Positions 58,205 through 64,000 of a stretch of 64,000 bases of DNA are shown here, piece after piece. The notes under the pieces are model-generated. The model was not told the origin of the DNA and did not search any database. It saw nothing but the letters and a program-made list of their open reading frames with translations. The position numbers were made by a program, and so were the translations under genes. The DNA lies in the NCBI GenBank assembly GCA_963760795.1, contig CAVXEP010000030.1:96001-160000 (forward strand). Direction: 5' to 3'. Positions within the stretch are counted from its first letter, which is position 1. Every line of letters starts with the position of its first letter. The DNA is from an uncultured delta proteobacterium. GTDB lineage: Bacteria > Desulfobacterota > Binatia > UBA9968.

Positions 58205-58483
58205 TTAATGATAGTCCACTATTTCAACGTCGTACGGACCGTCATCCTTCCAAGTAAAACAAATCCGCCATTGGTCGTTGATCCGGATACTGTATTGTCC
58301 GGCCCTGTCTCCCGATAACTTTTCCAATCTATTTCCGGGACTCGCGGCGAGGTCGCCCAGCTTCACCGCGCTATCCAGTATAACCAGCTTGCGCTCCGCC
58401 GCCTTCTTGACGCCTGAGAACTGCCTGACATTGTCGCCACCAAAGAAATTCTCCGTTCTTCGGTCCTTGAAGCTTCGGATCAT
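58205..58483 (-). CDS. higB: HigB-family (plasmid maintenance killer) toxin
   Basis: MIRSFKD, PGNRLEKLSGDRAGQYSIRINDQWRICF, VEIVDYH. Confidence 0.92.
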   Translation of the reverse strand: MIRSFKDRRTENFFGGDNVRQFSGVKKAAERKLVILDSAVKLGDLAASPGNRLEKLSGDRAGQYSIRINDQWRICFTWKDDGPYDVEIVDYH

Positions 58484-58491
58484 CTGTTGAA

Positions 58492-58521
58492 ACTTTACCA
58501 AATTTTACGATTTACGTAAAA
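58492..58521 (-). promoter_or_regulatory. Putative higBA promoter with palindromic operator
   Basis: TTTTACG-N5-CGTAAAA (58503-58521) overlaps a TTTACG -35; 17 bp to an extended -10 TGGTAAAGT, 8 nt before the ATG. Confidence 0.55.
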
Positions 58522-58758
58522 CGGCACGATCTTGTCATCGCGATTAAATGCGTCTTGGGGGAAGAAGATCTACAACCTCAGCTGTTAGCCGGCAGGGTGA
58601 CTTTGTAAGCTGCAATTGTGCATTTTCGTCGGTCTCACCACGTTTTCAACGTTAAAGCGTAGTCAGGTTGTCTCAGTTTGGACGAATCATTGAGCCCAGC
58701 AGAAACCTGATGAGCAATGAGAGACCGGGTAGCATTGGCTCTATTTGAAATCGCTAGC

Positions 58759-58872
58759 GCTCAGGCCGAATTCGCCGTTATGAGTTCTCCGTGCCCCGGT
58801 ACAACTGCAAAGAAGCGAGCACCAGGCCGGCGATTAGCAGAAATATCCCCGCCAGGATGAAGGCGAATTTGA
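58759..58872 (-). pseudogene. Duplicate 3' end of the MFS gene (parent 62834-62947)
   Basis: KFAFILAGIFLLIAGLVLASLQLYRGTENS* versus KFAFVLAGIFLLIAGLVLAPLQLYRGTQNS*. Confidence 0.9.
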
Positions 58873-60699
58873 AAAACCCGCTCAAGTTTTTTGTTTGTTC
58901 AGTTAAATCTACGTTGACAAGCGACGATATCGCCTTCATCGTTTTCTCATGAGCGTAAGAGCCGTCGCTGCACAGAGAAGCTTTTATCATACCGACTATC
59001 TTGCTGGAGATCTTTTCGGTCCAGCCAATCGCTACCGGTTGTTTCGGGAAAAGATCTGGCCCAAGCTTTAGAGCTTTCCCCGAAACTTGAAGCGTTGTAT
59101 TGCGCCGAGAACGGCCGGCCGGGGATCGATCCGGTGCTACTTTGCGGAGTGACGCTGCTCCAGTTCATGGAGAAAGCAGCAGATCGCTCGGCCACCGAGC
59201 GCGTGGTGTATCATCTGGGTTGGAAGTACGCCTTAGATCTGGAACTGGATTACGCCGGGTTTCATGCCACGGTGTTAGTTTATTTTCGCGACCGGTTGGA
59301 AGACAACAAAGTCGAGCGGATGATCTTTGACGGGATAGTTAAGTTGCTGGTGGAGCTGGGATTGGTGAAGAGAAAGGGCAAGCAGCGGCTCGATAGCACG
59401 CATATCGTGGGGTACGTCAAGGCGATGAGCTTGTTGGAGTGCGCGATAGAGACGCTGCGCTTGGCGTTGGAGGATTTGAAAGTAAAAGTGGGGAGGAAAA
59501 AGCAGCCAGAATTTTGGGACAGGTTGTGGGAACTGTATGTAGAGAGCAAACTGGATTGGCGGCTAAACAAGACCGAGCGCGACCGCCGCTATCGGCAGTG
59601 TGGGCAAGACATGAGAGAGCTGCTGGAGTGGCTAGACGGAAACGATCCTAAGCTCGCTGGACGTGAAGCAGTGAAACTATTGCGGCGAGTCTTTGGCGAG
59701 CAGTTTGAGATGGTCGACGGAAAGCTTGAGCTCGCCCCCAAGCGACCGCCTCGCGCGGTGCAGAACCCCCATGATTCCGATGCGCATTATGCCGATAAGA
59801 GGAGCAAGCAATGGATCGGCTACAAGGTGCATGTAACCGAGACTGTCGATCCTCAACAACCGATCAAGAAAAAGGGCGAGCCCACCGACCATTTCATCAC
59901 CGAGATGCTGACCGTCGAAGCGGCCCAGGACGAGAAGGCTGGCTTGACCGAGACGCTCACAAGAGAACAAGCGCACCATGAGATCGAACCCCGGGCGATC
60001 TACACCGATGCAGGTTATGTGACCGAGCACACCTTAACGCAGGCGGAACAAAACGGCATGGAGTTATTAGGACCGACGCGTCCCGATCCTCACAAGGGAC
60101 CCTACAATAGCGATGCGTTCCATGTCGATATCAACGAGCGCCAGGCGGTTTGTCCTCAGGGCAAGCTCAGCACGCAGTGCAGCCGCATCAAAGATAACTA
60201 TATGGGAACCGAGTACTATCGCATCGAGTGGGGCAATCAATGCAATAGCTGTCCGGTACAAAAGCAATGTACGCGGTCCAAGAGTGGACGGAGAACTTTG
60301 GTCGTTGGACTGCGCCATGATCTGGTCGAGCAGCGGCGCAGAGAAATGAAACAGAAAGGTTTCTCCAAATCCATGCATCCGAGAAACGGGATTGAGGGAA
60401 CCCACAGCGAGTTGGTGCGTGGGCACGCGATGAGACGGACGAAATATCGGGGCTTAAGCCGGGTCGGTTTATCGAATTACTTCATAGGTGCAGCTTGCAA
60501 CGTAAAACGATATCTAAATCTACTCGCGTTTCAGATGAGAACGCCGCCTCTGAGCCCCGCTTAAGGGCGGAGCGCAGCTCATTTTCCTGGCTATGGCTTC
60601 GTTGAGGGTGAAACTTTCTCTGGCGTAACATTATTTGGCGATGACCACTGTTTACTAGCGGCGGTCGCGAATCAAATTCAGGGGTTTTTCAGCAGAACC
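58870..60699 (+). mobile_element. IS1182-family insertion sequence with truncated left inverted repeat
   Basis: Right IR GGGGTTTTTCAGCAGAACC (60681-60699); left remnant TGAAAAACCC (58870-58879); transposase in between. Confidence 0.8.
58949..60564 (+). CDS. IS1182-family DDE transposase, one indel near 59068
   Basis: GRPGIDP..LLQF..WKYAL N-terminal domain; RLDSTH, GYKVH, YTDAGY, CPQG..CNSCP..CT, RNGIEGTHSE; ATG 58949 follows TTGACA-17-CATCGT. Confidence 0.88.
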
Positions 60700-60950
60700 A
60701 ATAGCGCAATCTAGTTGCTGCAAAGTATGGTGAAGCAGACGACGAAATCCCGACTCCTATCCGAACCGCGCCTCAGCCCGCCTAACCGCATGGCTTGCCG
60801 TCCCACCACTTGGGGGAAGGAGCAGAGTCAGGCTTGAATAGCGCAATCTAGTTGCTGCAAAGTATGGTGAAGCAGACGACGAAATCCCGACTCCTATCCG
60901 AGCCGCGCCTCAGCCCGCCTAACCGCATGGCTTGCCGTCCCACCACTTGG
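60700..60950 (+). repeat. Tandem 114-bp duplication (60700-60813 and 60837-60950)
   Basis: The copies differ at one base; the spacer ends in GTCAGGCTTG. Confidence 0.9.
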
Positions 60951-60991
60951 AAATCTTGGAGGGAAGCGCCAGGATCAGGCCTGAGTATTGA

Positions 60992-61288
60992 CTAACTCGC
61001 CTTTCGCATCTCGCTTGCTAAGATTTCATTGACCAGCGACTGATACGGCAGTCCTTTTTTCTCGGCGGTCTTGCGCAACCACCCTAAAACTTTCGCGTCC
61101 AAACGAATCGCTATAAGCTTCCTTGGCTCGTCACCCATCGTCGGCCTACCGACCCTCCGCATGGATGAAAGTTGCCGGTCGGACAGCTCGGGAATATCGG
61201 AAAAGTCAATCTTCTTTGACCTCGAAACTTTTTTGTTCTTTACGGCTCGCGCGCCGCGCGCTGATGATCCGCGTCGTTTCTTCGTCAT
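60992..61288 (-). CDS. brnA: BrnA-family antitoxin
   Basis: IDFSDIPELSD, GRP, IAIRLDAKVLGWL, YQSLVNEIL. Confidence 0.88.
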   Translation of the reverse strand: MTKKRRGSSARGARAVKNKKVSRSKKIDFSDIPELSDRQLSSMRRVGRPTMGDEPRKLIAIRLDAKVLGWLRKTAEKKGLPYQSLVNEILASEMRKAS

Positions 61289-61365
61289 TCTTACTCTTTT
61301 CCATATACGCTATGAGCAGCACTCTACCCAAGCCACTTTTCGCCAATCTGGTACCCACGTGCCGT
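61206..61365 (-). pseudogene. brnT: C-terminal remnant of BrnT toxin
   Basis: RLAKSGLGRVLLIAY...RIISARRASRKE overlapping the brnA start; the N-terminal FEWD..K motif is missing. Confidence 0.7.
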
Positions 61366-61386
61366 TGCCTGTCCAATCGGTCGGAA

Positions 61387-61719
61387 TCACGCAGAACGTA
61401 AGCGTCGTTCCGCCGGTACAAAACGAATCTCAACGCGTTGGTTCAAGGCCGCGGCGATTCGATTAAGCATCGCCAGGGAATGGCCCTCATAATTGGCGTC
61501 TTCGAGACGACAAATGACCGACGCTGTGGTTCCTATGAGTTGTGCCAGTTGACGTTGGCTTAGCCCGTGCGAAATTCTCAGTGCGGTTAGCTTACGAGCA
61601 ACGTGGTCGTTAGCTCGTGCTTGTTCCAAAGCGGCGAGTCGGTGCGGCTTGCCGGCGTAATAGCGGCGGTGGAGAATTTCAACGGCATCCACGGTCGTTT
61701 TCCTCTTTGCTTTTGCCAT
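61387..61719 (-). CDS. XRE-family HTH antitoxin (HigA-like)
   Basis: LRISHGLSQRQLAQLIGTTASVICRLE..HSLAMLNRIAAAL. Confidence 0.85.
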   Translation of the reverse strand: MAKAKRKTTVDAVEILHRRYYAGKPHRLAALEQARANDHVARKLTALRISHGLSQRQLAQLIGTTASVICRLEDANYEGHSLAMLNRIAAALNQRVEIRFVPAERRLRSA

Positions 61720-61724
61720 GACTT

Positions 61725-62090
61725 TTACTCCTTGTGCGTGTATCGATCCGGGTCGAGTTCAAAATTTCGTTTTCTTCGGATCGCTAGATCGATATCACGC
61801 TGTGGCACCTCTCTCTCTTTTACGAGTCCGTGCGCCAGTACGGCTGCGATCCGACCATGGAAGAAATATAGCATTCGATAATTCGTGGTTCTGAGTCGAA
61901 CCCGTAGTTCATAAATCCCATCTCGCAAAAAGTCGGCCTCTGGGCGCCGCAGTTCATGCCCCAAATCTCGCAACCGTTCGATTCGAACCAGACATTTGTC
62001 CTGAGCTTTCGTAGGCAGCGAGTCCAACCAGTCGAGCACCGGGATGACGTCCGGGTCGTCCTGATAAAAGATTACCGTTGTCCTTGGCAT
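61725..62090 (-). CDS. RelE/HigB-like toxin (phage Gp49-like/DUF891)
   Basis: PVLDWLDSL, LRRPEADFLRDGIYELR, YRMLYFF, LAHGLVKE. Confidence 0.85.
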   Translation of the reverse strand: MPRTTVIFYQDDPDVIPVLDWLDSLPTKAQDKCLVRIERLRDLGHELRRPEADFLRDGIYELRVRLRTTNYRMLYFFHGRIAAVLAHGLVKEREVPQRDIDLAIRRKRNFELDPDRYTHKE

Positions 62091-62106
62091 GACCTCACAA
62101 AATCAT

Positions 62107-62124
62107 GTTCGCATTATTGCGAAC
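62107..62124. promoter_or_regulatory. Palindromic operator upstream of the toxin gene
   Basis: GTTCGCA-TTAT-TGCGAAC, 16 nt upstream of the ATG. Confidence 0.55.
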
Positions 62125-62198
62125 GACGGTCAATAGGCGGCGTGACGTCCATGGCCGCGGCGTTGAAACTATGATCGGCGAGGCCGGCGCAGTCCTGT

Positions 62199-62669
62199 TC
62201 AATTGGTCTTCGTCTGTTGATCGTTGTCGAGCAGCCCTGCGAGCGCAAGAATGACCAACGTGAAAACCGTGCCAAGCAACGCGACCCCGAGGCTTCCCAA
62301 TCCGACAGCGACGCCTATGGCGGCGGTCATCCATATGCCGGCCGCCGTGGTCAGGCCCTGGATTTCGCGCTCCTGGTCGAGCTTGAGGATGGCGCCGGCG
62401 CCGAGAAAGCCGATGCCGGTGACAATGCCCTGGACAACCCGCGAGACGCTATCAGATGACATGCCGACTCCGGAGCAAGCGAGGACGATCACCGCCGTGC
62501 CCAGACTCACCAGCATATGCGTGCGCACCCCTGCAGGTTTTCCGGCTTTCTCTCGTTGCATCCCGACGACCGCTCCCAGGACGCTAGCGGCAATCATTCG
62601 GATAAGCACATGCACCAGCTGCCTCACGTCAGGCAGGCCGGAAGTCAGCTCCTCCCAGAATATATCCAT
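62199..62669 (-). CDS. MgtC/SapB family membrane protein
   Basis: KPAGVRTHMLV, SRVVQGIVTGIGFLGAG, GLTTAAGIW. Confidence 0.92.
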   Translation of the reverse strand: MDIFWEELTSGLPDVRQLVHVLIRMIAASVLGAVVGMQREKAGKPAGVRTHMLVSLGTAVIVLACSGVGMSSDSVSRVVQGIVTGIGFLGAGAILKLDQEREIQGLTTAAGIWMTAAIGVAVGLGSLGVALLGTVFTLVILALAGLLDNDQQTKTN

Positions 62670-62852
62670 TTGTTTCCTCTCAACTTACCGATCTAACTTA
62701 AACGGTATCAAAAGCGATGGCACCGACAAGCCGCACCGCTTAGATCTTTGCCGAACCGAAAAAATGCACTCGGAAAAAGACTAATAACTCAGTCAGCCCC
62801 TGCTATGTTCCTGTGGAAATATCTAAATGGATTGCTCAGCCCGAATTTGCCG

Positions 62853-64000
62853 TTAGGAGTTCTGCGTGCCCCGGTACAACTGCAAAGGAGCGAGCACCAG
62901 GCCGGCGATGAGCAGAAATATCCCCGCCAAGACGAAGGCGAATTTGATCCCCAACCCGCCAATCAAGTAGCCGGTGATCATCGGCGCGGGAATGACCACG
63001 AGCTGGGTGATCAGCGAGGTCAGCCCGTAGGTGGCTGCCTGGACGTTGGAGCCGGCGACGTCCATGACCGCGGCATTGAAAATATTGAACAGCGTGTAGA
63101 AAAAAAGCCCGATGGCGACGATCACCAGACCGAGGGGAATGCCCGGCGGCGCCACCGCCAGGAGGGCGAAAAATAATCCGAGCAGGAGACATGATGGCAG
63201 CAGCACGGCCTTGCGTCCGAAGCGGTCCGAAAGCACGCCCAAAACCGGTTGCGAGATGGTCCCCATCACGTGCAGCAGGGCGATGTAAATTCCCAGCGAG
63301 ACGCTCGAGTAGTGCAAATCCTCCTGCAGGTAGATCGGCAGAAAAGTCAGGATGATCAGCCGCGACATCGAAAGCAGGCCGGTCGCAACCGCCAACCCTA
63401 AAAATGCCGTATTCTTGATGACGGCGGCGACGTCGCGAAATTGCGCTGACACCCGCTGGCGCGGCGCGGCGCTGTCGCTGAATACACCAGCCAGGGCGCG
63501 CCAGAGCAGAAAGGCGAACAGCAGGCCGGGCAGCAGTTGCACCTGCGTCGCCGTCTGCCAGGAAAAATTTGCCAACAACACGCCGACCAACAGCGGCGTT
63601 ATCGTGTCGCTGAGAGTTGCGCCGGTGCCGTTAATGGACAGCGCGGTGGCGCGCTGCTCCGGGAAGCGGTTCGACAACGATGCCGCGGCGGTGGGATGCC
63701 ACATCGCCGTGCCCATGCCGATCAGCGCCGAGCCGAGCAGGGCCCAGATAAACGCCGGCATCGCCAGAAGAAAATAGGCCGCGCCCATGGAGACCAGTGC
63801 CGATGCGAGGATCCCGCCGCGATAGCGCACCATGGCATCGGCAACCATGCCGAAGGGCAACTGGCCGAGACCAACCATGACTTGTTGGGCCGAAGTCAGA
63901 GCGCCGACTTCGACGTTGGTCAGATTCAATCCCGACTTGATCGCCGGCAAAATCACCGGATAGAACTGCTGGAACCAGTGAATGACAAAATGGCCGGCGG
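62853..64000 (-). CDS. MFS transporter, 5'-partial (runs off the window)
   Basis: Multiple TM segments; WHPTAAASLS, GVLSDRFGRK. Confidence 0.88.
   Translation of the reverse strand, partial: AGHFVIHWFQQFYPVILPAIKSGLNLTNVEVGALTSAQQVMVGLGQLPFGMVADAMVRYRGGILASALVSMGAAYFLLAMPAFIWALLGSALIGMGTAMWHPTAAASLSNRFPEQRATALSINGTGATLSDTITPLLVGVLLANFSWQTATQVQLLPGLLFAFLLWRALAGVFSDSAAPRQRVSAQFRDVAAVIKNTAFLGLAVATGLLSMSRLIILTFLPIYLQEDLHYSSVSLGIYIALLHVMGTISQPVLGVLSDRFGRKAVLLPSCLLLGLFFALLAVAPPGIPLGLVIVAIGLFFYTLFNIFNAAVMDVAGSNVQAATYGLTSLITQLVVIPAPMITGYLIGGLGIKFAFVLAGIFLLIAGLVLAPLQLYRGTQNS

Noticed and set aside
284-59100. Frameshifts in DUF5996, the first SBP (two), pqaA, azoR, MFS (two), pgsA-like and the transposase as programmed frameshifting or pseudogenisation
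   Set aside because: They are single-base indels in unrelated, otherwise intact genes, several in short homopolymers and without slippery-site signals; long-read consensus error is the simplest explanation. Read polishing would decide.
885-63777. Long antisense or overlapping ORFs such as 885..1493, 2203..3231, 22633..23409, 36041..36970 and 34197..35147
   Set aside because: Shadow ORFs of well-supported genes in GC-rich DNA with no motifs of their own.
1-64000. CRISPR array, tRNA or rRNA genes
   Set aside because: No regularly spaced identical repeats with unique spacers, no cas genes, and no recognisable tRNA or rRNA sequence seen.

Overview
Bacterial, GC-rich accessory-type region with no rRNA, tRNA or CRISPR. 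Its gene content (many orphan ABC/TctC substrate-binding proteins, amidohydrolases, MetE-II, LLM oxidoreductase, bicupin) resembles Candidatus Binatia-like deltaproteobacterial MAGs; that placement is inference only. About 50 CDSs are separated by intergenic stretches full of REP-like ends, truncated REP-associated Y1 (RAYT) transposase pieces, direct repeats that bracket single genes, and orphan 3' gene fragments, three of which duplicate intact genes a few kb away. Mobile DNA includes an IS1182-family element and a 131-bp MITE with matching inverted repeats, a 7-bp target duplication and a visible empty site. Candidate undescribed modules: (i) a secreted helical protein coupled to a TIR-4TM protein; (ii) a cytoplasmic S8 protease, a stand-alone copy of its own propeptide and an HExxE protein; (iii) a PgsA-like enzyme, class V aminotransferase and PgpA (possible amino-phospholipid pathway); (iv) an AT-rich three-gene HEPN module; (v) a PLD plus DUF1353 pair. 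There is also a toxin-antitoxin cluster at 57.9-62.1 kb. About ten single-base frameshifts in otherwise intact genes look like long-read indel errors. All family calls come from motif recognition, not database searches.
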